From positions 1 through 33,695 of the forward strand of contig JBBISK010000003.1 of assembly GCA_037441295.1 (NCBI GenBank): a stretch of DNA of 33,695 nucleotides, given 5' to 3'. Under the pieces are notes generated by a model. The model was not told the DNA's origin. It searched no databases and saw nothing but the letters and a program-made list of their open reading frames with translations. Made by a program: the position numbers and the translations under genes. Every line of letters starts with the position of its first letter. Within the stretch, counting starts at the first letter, position 1. The DNA is from Candidatus Aminicenantes bacterium. Lineage in GTDB: Bacteria > Acidobacteriota > Aminicenantia > Aminicenantales > Saccharicenantaceae. This document shows, piece by piece, positions 14,827 through 23,987 of the stretch.

Positions 14827-17253
14827 TCAGATCCTGGCCCGCCGCAGCCGCAGCGAATTGGAGACGACCGAGACGGAGCTGAAGGCCATGGCCGCCGAGG
14901 CGATCATGGGGTTGAGGAGGACGTGGAGGAAGGGGTAGAGGACGCCCGCCGCGACGGGGATGCCGACGACATTGTAAAAGAAAGCCCAGAAGAGGTTCTG
15001 CCGGATCGTCCGGACGGTCCTGCGGCTGAGCTCGACGGCCGCGGAGACACCCTCCGGGTCGCCAGAGATGAGGGTGATGTCCGACGACTCCATGGCCACG
15101 TCGGTGCCCGTGCCGATGGCGATGCCCAGGTCGGCCTCGACCAGGGCCGGCGCGTCGTTGATGCCGTCGCCGACCATGGCCACCTTCCTCCCCTCCGCCC
15201 GGAGGCCGCGGACGACCTCGGCCTTGCCGCCGGGCAGGACTTGCGCGACGACGCGGTCGATCCCGGCCCCCCGGGCGATGGCCTGAGCCGTCCGGCGGTC
15301 GTCCCCCGTCAGCATGATGACCTCGAGGCCCATCTTCTTCAGCCTGGCCACCGCCGAGGGCGCCGTTCCTTTGAGCGTGTCGGCCAGGGCCAAGAGGCCG
15401 GCCGCCCGGCCGTCGACGGCGACGAAGGCGCTGGTCTTGCCCTCGAGGGCCAGGTCCCCGGCCTGAAGGACGAGGCTGCCGAAGTCGAGCCCGGCATGAC
15501 CGACGAGGGCCTGGCTGCCGACGAGGACCTTCCTTCCTTTGACCGTGGCCTCGACCCCGAGCCCTTCGAGGGCCCGGAAGCCGGCCGGCGTCTCCGGGGC
15601 GAGCCCGGCGGCCTCGGCCCGGCGGACAATGGCCTGGCCCAGGGGATGCTCCGAGCCCTTCTCGGCCCCCGCGGCGAAGGCCAAGACCTCGTCGACGGTG
15701 AAGCCAGGGGCGGGCAGGACGTCGGTGACATCGGGTCGTCCCTCGGTCAGCGTGCCGGTCTTGTCGAAGACGACAGTGTCGATGGCGTGGGCGGTCTCGA
15801 GGCTCTCGCCGCTCTTGATGAGGATGCCGCGCTCGGCCCCCTTCCCCATCCCGACCATGACCGCCGTCGGCGTCGCCAGGCCGAGGGCGCAGGGGCAGGC
15901 GATGATCATCACCGCGACGAAGTTGAGCAGGGCGAAGGTCAGCCGCGGCGCCGGGCCGAAGTCGAACCAGGCGACAAAGGTCAGGATGGCGGCGGAGATG
16001 ACGACCGGCACGAAATAGGCGGCGATGCGGTCGGCCAGCCGCTGGATGGGGGCCTTGGTCCCCTGGGCTTCCTGGACGAGCTTGATGATCTGGGCCAGCG
16101 CCGTGTCCTTGCCGACCTTCCTGGCCCGGAAGACGAGGCGGCCCCACTTGTTGATGGTCGCCCCAACGACCTCGTCCCCCGGCCCCTTGTCGACGGGCAG
16201 GCTCTCGCCCGTGATCATGGACTCGTCGACCGAGGAGCGGCCGTCGACGACGGTCCCGTCGACGGCGACGCGCTCGCCCGGCCTGACGACGACCGCGTCG
16301 CCGACGATGACATCGTCGACAGGGATCTCCCGCTCGGCGCCGTCGCGCAGGACGCGGGCCGTCGCCGGCCGGAGCCCCATCAGGGCCACGATGGCCTCTG
16401 AGGTCCGGCCCTTGGCCCGGGCCTCGAGCATCCGGCCGAAGAGGATGAGGACGACGATGACGGCCGCGGTGTCGAAATAGACGTCGCGGGCGACCCCGGT
16501 CGAGCCGAGAAGCGAGGGGAAGAGGGTCACGGCCGCGCTGTAGAAATAGGCCGCCGAGGTGCCGACGGCGATGAGGGTGTTCATGTCCGCGGTCCTGTGC
16601 CGGAAGGCGGCCCAGGCGGAGCGGTAGAACTGGCCTCCGATCGCGAACTGAACGGGCGTCGCCAGGGCCCAGAGGACGAAGAAATTCCGGAGGAAGGCCG
16701 GGACCCATGGGAACCAGCCGGGCATGCTGCCGACGAAGATCAGCACGGCCAACAGGCCGCCCCAGAGGACCTTGGCCCGGAGCACCCTGTACTCCCTCTC
16801 CATGATCCGGCGCTCGGCGTCGGCCTCGGCCTCGCCCTCGGCGAGGTCATGGACCCTGTATCCCACGCTCTCGATGGCCTTCCGGATGCGGGCGACATCG
16901 ACGGCGTTCGGGAGGTAATCGACGGCGACCTTGCCCGTGGCGAGGTTGACGGACGCCCTGACGACCCCAGGAAGGTCGAGGAGGGCCGTCTCGATCTTCA
17001 GGACGCAGGAGGCGCAGGAGATGCCCTCGACCTGGAGCCCGGCCGAGGCGACGGCGACGTCGTAGCCCGCATTCCGGACGGCCTCGATGAGCGAGCCTGT
17101 GCCGGTGAGGGCCGGGTCAAAGAGGACCGTGGCCCGGTTCGTGGCCAGATTGACGTTCGCCTCCCGGACGCCGGGGACCTCCCGCAGGCCGCGCTCGACC
17201 CGGGAGGCGCAGCCGGCGCACGTCATGCCGAGGACCGGAAGGTCAACGCGCAA
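14827..17253 (-). CDS. copA: Copper-translocating P1B-type ATPase with two N-terminal HMA domains
   Basis: 808 aa with a TTG start. There are two HMA motifs ([12 protein letters not shown] and [12 protein letters not shown]). The ATPase motifs are TGES, the CPC transmembrane motif ([13 protein letters not shown]), DKTGTLT, SEHPLG, and [10 protein letters not shown]. Confidence 0.93.
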   Translation of the reverse strand: MRVDLPVLGMTCAGCASRVERGLREVPGVREANVNLATNRATVLFDPALTGTGSLIEAVRNAGYDVAVASAGLQVEGISCASCVLKIETALLDLPGVVRASVNLATGKVAVDYLPNAVDVARIRKAIESVGYRVHDLAEGEAEADAERRIMEREYRVLRAKVLWGGLLAVLIFVGSMPGWFPWVPAFLRNFFVLWALATPVQFAIGGQFYRSAWAAFRHRTADMNTLIAVGTSAAYFYSAAVTLFPSLLGSTGVARDVYFDTAAVIVVLILFGRMLEARAKGRTSEAIVALMGLRPATARVLRDGAEREIPVDDVIVGDAVVVRPGERVAVDGTVVDGRSSVDESMITGESLPVDKGPGDEVVGATINKWGRLVFRARKVGKDTALAQIIKLVQEAQGTKAPIQRLADRIAAYFVPVVISAAILTFVAWFDFGPAPRLTFALLNFVAVMIIACPCALGLATPTAVMVGMGKGAERGILIKSGESLETAHAIDTVVFDKTGTLTEGRPDVTDVLPAPGFTVDEVLAFAAGAEKGSEHPLGQAIVRRAEAAGLAPETPAGFRALEGLGVEATVKGRKVLVGSQALVGHAGLDFGSLVLQAGDLALEGKTSAFVAVDGRAAGLLALADTLKGTAPSAVARLKKMGLEVIMLTGDDRRTAQAIARGAGIDRVVAQVLPGGKAEVVRGLRAEGRKVAMVGDGINDAPALVEADLGIAIGTGTDVAMESSDITLISGDPEGVSAAVELSRRTVRTIRQNLFWAFFYNVVGIPVAAGVLYPFLHVLLNPMIASAAMAFSSVSVVSNSLRLRRARI

Positions 17254-17267
17254 GACGATGCGGCCCT

Positions 17268-17501
17268 CTAGGCCTCGTCGGGTCCCTTGGGCACCGCCTC
17301 GCAGGCCTTTTTCGTTCCCGTCGAGAAGACGGCGTAGACCGGGCAGAAACCGATGACGCTCGTCAGGAAGAGGATCACGGCCAGAACCCCCAGGACGATC
17401 GCGGCGACGCCCTTGATCATCCCCAGGAAGAAGAAGACGGCCACGGCCGCGGCCACGATGATGCGCAGGATCCGGTCAAGACCGCTCATGTTGCATTTCA
17501 T
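17268..17501 (-). CDS. DUF2892 (YgaP-like) small membrane protein
   Basis: 77 aa with two TM helices. The conserved DRILRI....A start and the GFCPVY motif are typical of DUF2892. An AGGAGGG RBS is present. The gene lies 14 nt upstream of copA. Confidence 0.78.
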   Translation of the reverse strand: MKCNMSGLDRILRIIVAAAVAVFFFLGMIKGVAAIVLGVLAVILFLTSVIGFCPVYAVFSTGTKKACEAVPKGPDEA

Positions 17502-17524
17502 ATGATCTTCCCTCCTATTCTTGG

Positions 17525-17533
17525 ATTATAGCA
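17525..17533 (-). promoter_or_regulatory. Extended -10 element (TGcTATAAT) upstream of the DUF2892-copA genes
   Basis: The minus strand reads TATGCTATAATCC, 23 nt upstream of the ATG at 17501. There is no good -35 (TGGGAT at 17-nt spacing). Confidence 0.35.
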
Positions 17534-17664
17534 TAAAGGCCGTCCTCATCCCATTCTCGTCAATATTGTGGCGTCCAACGCTCCCCCTGCTCGGGCTCGT
17601 CTTTCCTCCGGCCCGCCCCCTCCACCGGACGGCCGCGCGGGCCGTCCTGGCGGCCGGCGGTGGT

Positions 17665-17693
17665 TTGCACCTGTTCCCCATTTATGCTAATAT
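17665..17693 (+). promoter_or_regulatory. Predicted promoter of yebC-ruvCA (TTGCAC-17-TGcTAATAT, extended -10)
   Basis: TTGCAC lies at 17665..17670 and TAATAT at 17688..17693, with TG at 17685..17686. An AGGAGAGG RBS precedes the ATG at 17724. Confidence 0.45.
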
Positions 17694-17723
17694 CTTGATT
17701 CTCAAAGGACGCAGGAGAGGACC

Positions 17724-18479
17724 ATGTCCGGACATTCAAAATGGGCTTCGATCAAGCATAAAAAAGCGGCTACGGACGCCAAGCGCGGCAAGATCTTCAC
17801 CCGGCTCATCCGCGAGATCAGCATGGCCGCCCGGGCCGGCGGCGGCGACCCCGACAAGAACGCCGCCCTCCGGAAATGCATCAACGACGCCCGGGCCGCG
17901 AATATGCCCGCCGATAACATCAAGCGGGCCATCATGAAGGGGACCGGCCAGCTCGAGGGCACCAGCTACGAGGAAGTCGCCTACGAGGGTTACGGGCCGG
18001 GCGGGGTCGCCATTTACCTCCAGGCCGTGACCGACAACAAGAACCGGACCGTCTCCGAGCTCCGCCACATTTTCGCCAAGAACGGCGGCCGCATCGGCGA
18101 GTCCAACTCCGTCGCCTGGATGTTCAAGCGGATGGGCTCGATCAGCGTCGAGAAAGCCAAGGCCTCGGAGGACATCCTCATGGACGTCGCCCTGGCCGCA
18201 GGCGCCGACGACATCAAGGACGACGGCTCCAACTTCGAGGTCATCACCACTCCTGCGACTTACGAGGCGGTCCTCGAGGCCGTCAAAAAGAGCGGCATCG
18301 AGGTCGCCGCCTCCGAGGTCGGCTTCCTGCCCCAAAACTACGTCAAGGTCGAGGGCAAGGAGGCCCAGCAGGTGCTGCGGCTGATGGAGGAGCTCGAGGA
18401 CCATGACGACGTCCAGAACGTTTCGTCCAACTTCGACATCTCCGAAGAGGAGATCGCCAGCTTCTCCCAGGCCGGCTGA
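17724..18479 (+). CDS. yebC: YebC/PmpR-family DNA-binding transcriptional regulator
   Basis: MSGHSKWASIKHKKAATDAKRGKIFTRLIREI...GGGDPD.N..LR..I..A...NMP.DNI.RAI is the invariant YebC N-terminus. The ORF is 251 aa. Confidence 0.94.
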   Translation: MSGHSKWASIKHKKAATDAKRGKIFTRLIREISMAARAGGGDPDKNAALRKCINDARAANMPADNIKRAIMKGTGQLEGTSYEEVAYEGYGPGGVAIYLQAVTDNKNRTVSELRHIFAKNGGRIGESNSVAWMFKRMGSISVEKAKASEDILMDVALAAGADDIKDDGSNFEVITTPATYEAVLEAVKKSGIEVAASEVGFLPQNYVKVEGKEAQQVLRLMEELEDHDDVQNVSSNFDISEEEIASFSQAG

Positions 18480-18495
18480 CGGCCGCCGCAGGTCC

Positions 18496-18999
18496 ATGCG
18501 GGTCCTCGGCATCGATCCCAGCCTCCAGTCGACCGGCTTCGGGATCGTCGAGGACGCCGGCGGCGGGGCCCGGCCGGTCGCCTACGGCGTCATCCGGCCG
18601 ACGGCCGGACTCCCCTTCTTCAAGAAGCTGGCCGAGATTCGCGCCGAGATCGAGAAGATCATCCGCGATTACGGGCCGGACGAGGCCGCCATCGAGAATC
18701 CCTTCTACGCCCGCAACGTCAAGACGGCCATCCTCCTCGGCCAGGTCCGGGGGGCGGTCCTCGTCGGCATCGCCGCCACGGACTGCGGCTTCCACGAATA
18801 CTCGGCCCTGGAGATCAAGAAGGCCGTGACCGGCTACGGCCAGGCGGAGAAGGAGCAGGTCCAGACCATGGTCAAGGCCCTCCTCGGGCTCGATGACGAC
18901 CGGCTCCCCCTCGACGCCTCGGACGCCCTGGCCGCGGCCATCTGCCACCTCAACGCGCGGCTGACCCACCTCAAGGCGGAGGGACCGGAACCGTCATGA
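18496..18999 (+). CDS. ruvC: Crossover junction endodeoxyribonuclease RuvC
   Basis: I trimmed the start to the ATG at 18496, giving MRVLGIDPSLQSTGFGIVE (catalytic Asp). AIENPFYARN, KKAVTGYGQAEKEQV and DASDALAAAICH follow. Its stop overlaps the ruvA start (ATGA). Confidence 0.9.
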   Translation: MRVLGIDPSLQSTGFGIVEDAGGGARPVAYGVIRPTAGLPFFKKLAEIRAEIEKIIRDYGPDEAAIENPFYARNVKTAILLGQVRGAVLVGIAATDCGFHEYSALEIKKAVTGYGQAEKEQVQTMVKALLGLDDDRLPLDASDALAAAICHLNARLTHLKAEGPEPS

Positions 19000-19583
19000 T
19001 CGCTTACCTCAAGGGAACGCTCATCCACAAGACGCCGGGGCACGTCATCGTCGACACCGGCGGCGTGGGCTACGCCGCGGCCGTGCCGCTCGGCACCTAC
19101 TTCAAGCTCGGCGAGGTCGGCGAGACGGTCGAGCTCCTCATCCACACCCATGTCACGGACGATTCCCTGGCCCTCTTCGGCTTCGACTCCCAGGAAGAGA
19201 AGGACATGTTCCTCAAGCTCATCGGGATCTCCGGGATCGGCCCGAAGCTGGCCATGAACATCCTCTCCGGCATCGGCCCGGCCGACCTGGCCGAGGCGGT
19301 CCGCAAGAGCGACCTGGCCCGGCTCGCCCTCGTCCCCGGCATCGGCAAGAAGACGGCCCTGCGCATCACCATGGAGCTCCAGGACAAGCTCGAGTCGAAG
19401 GAGAAGCTCATCGCGGCCAAGGGCTCGCCCGAGAAGGAGGACCTCGTCTCCGCCCTCCTTAACATGGGCTTCCGGAGCAAGGAGGCGGAGCGGGCCGTGG
19501 ACCAGTCCATCACCGCCCTCAAGGCGGACGCAGGCTTCGAGAGGCTCCTCCGGGATTGCCTCCGCCGCTTGGCCAGACTCTAA
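18996..19583 (+). CDS. ruvA: Holliday junction branch migration complex subunit RuvA
   Basis: MIAYLKGTL....PGHVIVDTGGVGY...P is the RuvA N-terminus. The HhH motifs read ISGIGPKLAMNILS and VPGIGKKTALRI. The ORF is 195 aa. Confidence 0.93.
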   Translation: MIAYLKGTLIHKTPGHVIVDTGGVGYAAAVPLGTYFKLGEVGETVELLIHTHVTDDSLALFGFDSQEEKDMFLKLIGISGIGPKLAMNILSGIGPADLAEAVRKSDLARLALVPGIGKKTALRITMELQDKLESKEKLIAAKGSPEKEDLVSALLNMGFRSKEAERAVDQSITALKADAGFERLLRDCLRRLARL

Positions 19584-19587
19584 TTCC

Positions 19588-19621
19588 AGAGGGACAGTCC
19601 CCTAAGGGGACAGTCCCTATC
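19588..19621 (+). repeat. 34-bp tandem-palindrome (REP-like) element, copy 2
   Basis: The plus strand reads AGA-GGGACAGTCCCC-TAA-GGGGACAGTCCC-TATC. It starts 5 nt after the ruvA stop and is 32/34 identical to the reverse complement of 12537..12570. Confidence 0.85.
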
Positions 19622-19632
19622 GATTTTAGCGG

Positions 19633-19660
19633 TTGCTTTCCCGCCCTTATTGGCTAAAAT
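19633..19660 (+). promoter_or_regulatory. Possible internal promoter for ruvB (TTGCTT-16-TAAAAT)
   Basis: TTGCTT lies at 19633..19638 and TAAAAT at 19655..19660. A GAGAAGGA RBS precedes the ATG at 19677. Confidence 0.33.
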
Positions 19661-19676
19661 AACATAGAGAAGGACG

Positions 19677-20738
19677 ATGCCCGCGATCCTCAGCCCCATC
19701 CGGACAAAGGAGGACATCCTCTTCGAGGACAGCCTCCGGCCGCAGAGCTTCGCCGAGTTCGTCGGTCAGGAGAAGGTCAAGGCCAACCTCAAGGTCTTCA
19801 TCGAGGCGGCCAAGAAGCGGGGGGAACATCTCGACCACGTCCTCCTCTACGGCCCGCCGGGGCTCGGCAAGACGAGCCTGGCCTACCTCATCGCCAAAGA
19901 GATGGGCGTCACCATCAAGCCGACCGCGGGACCGGTCATCGAGCGAACGGGCGACCTCTCGGCCATCCTGACCAACATGCAGACCCGCGAGGTCCTCTTC
20001 ATCGACGAGATCCACCGCCTCCAGCCTCCGGTCGAGGAGATCCTTTACTCGGCCATGGAGGACTTCAGCCTGGACATCGTCATCGGCCAGGGGCCGGGCG
20101 CGCGGAGCCATAAGCTCAAGATCAAGAAGTTCACCCTGATCGGGGCGACGACGCGGGCCGGCCGGATCACCGCCCCGCTCCGGGGCCGCTTCGGCATCAT
20201 CCACCGCCTCGACTATTACCGGGACGAGGACCTCAGGCAGGTCATCCGGCGCTCGGCCAAAATCCTGAAGGTCCGCATCGACGACGAGGGCGCCGGCGAG
20301 ATCGCCCTGCGGTCGAGGGGGACGCCCCGCGTCGCCAACCGCCTCCTGCGCCGGGTCCGCGACTATGTCGACGTCAAGGGCGACGGCGTCATCACGGCCG
20401 CGGAGGCGCGCAAGGCCCTCGACCTGATGGAGGTCGACGCCCTCGGCCTCGACGACGTCGACCGCAAGATCCTCTCGACGATCATCGATAACTTCGGCGG
20501 CGGCCCGGTCGGCATCGCCACGATCGCCGCGGCCATCGACGAGGAAAAGGACACGATCGAGAGCATCTACGAGCCCTTCCTCATGCGCATCGGCTTCCTC
20601 GACCGGACGACCCGCGGCCGGGTCATCACGCCCAAGGCCTACGCCCACCTCGGCTACGAGTACGAGGGGTCCCGCGCCCACGCCGCGGGCGGGGGCCACG
20701 GTCGGAAGCCGCCGGCCGGGCAGAAGAAGCTGTTCTAG
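19677..20738 (+). CDS. ruvB: Holliday junction branch migration DNA helicase RuvB
   Basis: The motifs are [18 protein letters not shown], Walker A ([14 protein letters not shown]), Walker B (LFIDEIHRL), and [16 protein letters not shown]. The ORF is 353 aa. Confidence 0.95.
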   Translation: MPAILSPIRTKEDILFEDSLRPQSFAEFVGQEKVKANLKVFIEAAKKRGEHLDHVLLYGPPGLGKTSLAYLIAKEMGVTIKPTAGPVIERTGDLSAILTNMQTREVLFIDEIHRLQPPVEEILYSAMEDFSLDIVIGQGPGARSHKLKIKKFTLIGATTRAGRITAPLRGRFGIIHRLDYYRDEDLRQVIRRSAKILKVRIDDEGAGEIALRSRGTPRVANRLLRRVRDYVDVKGDGVITAAEARKALDLMEVDALGLDDVDRKILSTIIDNFGGGPVGIATIAAAIDEEKDTIESIYEPFLMRIGFLDRTTRGRVITPKAYAHLGYEYEGSRAHAAGGGHGRKPPAGQKKLF

Positions 20739-20762
20739 GACTGAGGGCGCCCCGCCACGGCC

Positions 20763-21812
20763 ATGACACCCGGCAATCCCCTCCGCCTCTCGGACTTCGA
20801 CTACGATCTTCCGGCCGCGCTCATCGCGCAGCATCCCCTCCCCCGCCGCGGCGAGTCGCGGATGATGGTCGTCGAGAGGACCGCGGGCCGCATCAGCCAC
20901 CGCTCTTTCGAGGAGTTCTCCGACTTCTTCGCCGCGGGCGACCTCCTCGTCCTCAACGATACCAAGGTCATCCCGGCCCGGGCCTGGGGCGAGAAGTCGG
21001 GGGCGAAGATCGAGTTCCTGTTCGTGAGGGAGCTCGGCCCCGGGCTCTGGGAGACGCTCTGCCGGCCGGCCCGCAAGCTCGCGCCGGGCGACCGCGTCCG
21101 CTTCGGACCCGGTTTCGAGTCCTTCGTCGAGACGGCCGGGGACGAGGGGAGGCGGGTCCTGCGTTTCGACCGGCCCGACGTCCGGGCCGAGCTCGGCCGC
21201 ATCGGCTTCGCCCCCCTGCCTCCCTACATCAAGCGAAAGCGGGAGGACCTCGGCCGGCGCGCCGAGGACCTCGAGAGATATCAGACGGTCTTTGCCAGGA
21301 AGGAGGGGGCCGTGGCCGCCCCCACGGCCGGGCTCCATTTCACGAGGGAGGCGCTGGCCGGGCTCAAGACGAAGGGCGTCGACGTCAGGCACGTAACGCT
21401 CGAGGTCGGGCTGGCCACCTTCCAGCCCATCCGCGGGGACCTCGTCGACGACCACCGGATGCTCGAGGAATGGTACTCGGTTGCCCCCGCGGCCGCCCAC
21501 GGCGTCAACGCCGCGAAGGAGGCCGGACGGCCGGTTACGGCGGTAGGGACGACCGTCGTCCGGACGCTCGAAAGCGCCTGGCGCGAGGGCGGCGTCCGGG
21601 CCGGCCGCCGCTCGACCTCGCTGTTCATCCGCCCTGGCCACCAATTCCACGCCGTCGACCGCCTGCTGACGAATTTCCACCTGCCGAGATCGACTCTCCT
21701 GATGCTCGTCTCCGCCTTCGCCGGGCGCGAGCTCGTCATGGAGGCCTACGGGGAAGCGGTTAGAGAGCGTTACCGTTTCTTCTCCTACGGCGACTGCATG
21801 CTCATCCTATAA
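20763..21812 (+). CDS. queA: S-adenosylmethionine:tRNA ribosyltransferase-isomerase
   Basis: LSDFDYDLPAALIAQHPL..R..SRMMVV is the QueA N-terminus. PLPPYIKR, YQTVFA...GAVAAPTAGLHFT, TNFHLPRSTLLMLVSAF and FFSYGDCMLI follow. Confidence 0.95.
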   Translation: MTPGNPLRLSDFDYDLPAALIAQHPLPRRGESRMMVVERTAGRISHRSFEEFSDFFAAGDLLVLNDTKVIPARAWGEKSGAKIEFLFVRELGPGLWETLCRPARKLAPGDRVRFGPGFESFVETAGDEGRRVLRFDRPDVRAELGRIGFAPLPPYIKRKREDLGRRAEDLERYQTVFARKEGAVAAPTAGLHFTREALAGLKTKGVDVRHVTLEVGLATFQPIRGDLVDDHRMLEEWYSVAPAAAHGVNAAKEAGRPVTAVGTTVVRTLESAWREGGVRAGRRSTSLFIRPGHQFHAVDRLLTNFHLPRSTLLMLVSAFAGRELVMEAYGEAVRERYRFFSYGDCMLIL

Positions 21813-21819
21813 CCCGTCT

Positions 21820-21848
21820 TTGACAATCATTTTCGTTCCCATTATCAT
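21820..21848 (+). promoter_or_regulatory. Predicted promoter of the M20-racemase-ligase operon (TTGACA-17-TATCAT)
   Basis: A perfect TTGACA lies at 21820..21825 and TATCAT at 21843..21848, in the short AT-rich gap between queA and the M20 gene. Confidence 0.45.
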
Positions 21849-21863
21849 AAGCGGCAATCGACC

Positions 21864-23045
21864 ATGGACATCGACGCCAAAATCGCCGAGGCCGTCGAGC
21901 GCCGGCGCGCCGAGATCCTCGACCTGAGCCGCCGCATCCACGACGACCCCGAGCTCGCTTTCGAGGAGGTCCGGACCTCCGCCCTCCTCAGGTCCGTCCT
22001 CGCGGCCGAGGGATTCGAGGTCTCCGGCGCGAGCGAGGCCCTGCCGACGTCCTTCCGCGCCGTCCACGCCTTCTCGGCGGACGGGCCGCGCGTGACCCTC
22101 ACCGCCGAGATGGACGCGCTGCCCGGCCTCGGCCACGCCTGCGGCCACAACATCATCGGCACGGCCGCGACCTATGCCGCCATCATCCTCAAGTCCGTCC
22201 TCGGCGCCGTCGCCGCCGGGGCGGTCGAGGTCGTCGGGACGCCGGCCGAGGAACGCGGCAGCGGCAAGGTCCGCCTCATCCACGACGGCGTCTTCGCCCG
22301 CTCCGACGCCGTCCTCCAGGTCCATCCGCACTTCATCGACTCGGTCGTCAACCAGGCCATGGCCCGGCGCACCCTCGTCGTCGAGTTTTTCGGCCGAAAG
22401 GCCCACGCCGCCGCCGCGCCGCTCGAGGGCCGGAACGCCCTCGACGCGCTCGTCCTTTTCTACCATTCGGCCGCCCTGCCCCGGACGAAATCCGAGCCGG
22501 GAACCCTCTTCCACGGCATCGTCGAGGCGGGGGGCGAGGCGCCGAACATCATCCCGGATTACGCGCGGGGCCGTTTCTCCCTGCGCGCGGACACGATGGC
22601 CAAGCTCGAGCGGCTCGTCGGCGACGTCAACGCCCTCGCCGAAAAGGCCGCCGCGGAGACCGGCTGCCAAACAAAGATCAGCGAGCCCGGGCCAGGCGTC
22701 ACGACGTTCCGCCGCAGCCCCGTTCTCGAAGAGATCTTCTCAGCCCTATTCGAGGAACGGGGCCGGCCCGACCCGTTCAAGGTCCGCGAGTCCTACGGGT
22801 CGACGGACCTGGCCAACGTCTCCTGGGTCGTGCCGACGATCGAGCCCATGGTCAAGGCCAGCGACTTCCCCATCCACACCGAGGGCTTCGCCCGGGACGC
22901 CGTAGCGGCCTGCGGCGAGCGCGCCCTCCTCGACGGCGTTTACTTCCTGGCCGCGGCCGCGGCCCGCATCCTGACCGACCCCGCCCTTCTCGAGCGGATC
23001 CGGGCGGACTTCCGGGCCGGGGAGGCGCCGGAAGGCGTCGCCTGA
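21864..23045 (+). CDS. M20-family metallopeptidase / amidohydrolase (M20D-like dipeptidase)
   Basis: 393 aa. The N-terminus (EILDLSRRIHDDPELAFEE..TS) is typical of M20D amidohydrolases. The metal-binding motif GHACGHNIIG, GTPAEE(R)GSGK, and a dimerisation-domain-sized insert are present. Confidence 0.82.
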   Translation: MDIDAKIAEAVERRRAEILDLSRRIHDDPELAFEEVRTSALLRSVLAAEGFEVSGASEALPTSFRAVHAFSADGPRVTLTAEMDALPGLGHACGHNIIGTAATYAAIILKSVLGAVAAGAVEVVGTPAEERGSGKVRLIHDGVFARSDAVLQVHPHFIDSVVNQAMARRTLVVEFFGRKAHAAAAPLEGRNALDALVLFYHSAALPRTKSEPGTLFHGIVEAGGEAPNIIPDYARGRFSLRADTMAKLERLVGDVNALAEKAAAETGCQTKISEPGPGVTTFRRSPVLEEIFSALFEERGRPDPFKVRESYGSTDLANVSWVVPTIEPMVKASDFPIHTEGFARDAVAACGERALLDGVYFLAAAAARILTDPALLERIRADFRAGEAPEGVA

Positions 23046-23058
23046 GACGGACCCCCGC

Positions 23059-23976
23059 ATGAAAAGCCTCGCCGCTTTCGAGGGCCACCCCGGCGGGCTG
23101 GCCGTGGTCATCACGGATTCGGGTCTCGGCGGCCTCCTCATCGGCGCGGAGCTCGAACGCCGCCTCCGCGGGACGGCCGGCGACGGGCCGGTCCGGCTCG
23201 TCTATGTCAACGCCTGGCCCGACACCCGCTTCGGCTACAACGACCTCGCCGACATGGGCGCCCGCGCCGCGGTCTTCGACCGGGCCTTGGCGGCGATGGC
23301 GACTTTCCGGCCGGGCCTCATCCTCATCGCCTGCAACACGCTCTCGATCGTCTACGAGGCGACGGCCTTCCGCCGGGCGCCCGCCGTCCCGGTCGCGGGC
23401 ATCCTCGACGAAGGGGCCGCGTTCTTCTCAGAGGCCCTTTCCCGCGACCCGGCGGGGATCCTGGCGCTGTTCGGGACACGCACGACCATCGGCTCGGGCG
23501 AGCACGTCCGGCGGATGGCCGGGCGCGGCATCGACCCGCTGCGCGTCGTTGCCGAAGCCTGCCACGGCCTGGCCGCGGCCATCGACAAGGACCCCGATGC
23601 GCCGGCCGTCCCCGGCCTCGTCGAGGAATGCGTCCTCCAGGCCGCGCCGAGGCTCCCAGCCGGTGTGCCCGTCTATGTGGGGCTCGCCTGCACCCATTAC
23701 GCCTACGTCGCCGAGGCGTTCCGGGCTTCGCTCGTCCGCGCGATCGGGGCGAAGGTCGAGGTCCTCGACCCGGGCGGGCGGCTCGTCGACGGCCTCGCGC
23801 GCGGCATTCCCGCCCGGAGGCCCGGGACAGGAGAAAGGGAGGTCGTGGTCGAAGTCGCCTCCAAAGTCGAGCTTTCCGACTCGCAACGGCGGGCCGTGGC
23901 CCGCCGGCTCGAACCCGTATCGCCCTCTATGGCCCGCGCCCTGCTCGAATACCGGCACTTGCCCGAGCTCTTTTAG
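23059..23976 (+). CDS. Asp/Glu/hydantoin racemase-superfamily protein (glutamate-racemase-like, both catalytic Cys motifs present)
   Basis: VVITDSGLGGL matches the MurI FDSGvGGL motif. LIACNTLS and GLACTHYAYV correspond to the two catalytic-Cys motifs (ACNTA and GCTHYP) of PLP-independent glutamate racemases. The protein is otherwise divergent and longer (305 aa). Confidence 0.7.
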   Translation: MKSLAAFEGHPGGLAVVITDSGLGGLLIGAELERRLRGTAGDGPVRLVYVNAWPDTRFGYNDLADMGARAAVFDRALAAMATFRPGLILIACNTLSIVYEATAFRRAPAVPVAGILDEGAAFFSEALSRDPAGILALFGTRTTIGSGEHVRRMAGRGIDPLRVVAEACHGLAAAIDKDPDAPAVPGLVEECVLQAAPRLPAGVPVYVGLACTHYAYVAEAFRASLVRAIGAKVEVLDPGGRLVDGLARGIPARRPGTGEREVVVEVASKVELSDSQRRAVARRLEPVSPSMARALLEYRHLPELF

Positions 23977-23987
23977 AGGAGACCCCC

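Noticed and set aside
17521-17937. 138-aa plus-strand ORF starting in the copA/yebC intergenic region
   Set aside because: It overlaps yebC out of frame, has no RBS, and its composition is Pro/Arg/Ala-rich. The region is better explained by two divergent promoters.
19591-19617. LexA/SOS box interpretation of the palindromic element upstream of ruvB
   Set aside because: The element contains ACAGT twice, but as direct repeats (ACAG-N11-ACAG), not the CTGT-N8-ACAG or GAAC-N4-GTTC inverted arrangements. The same element also precedes folD, which is not an SOS gene.
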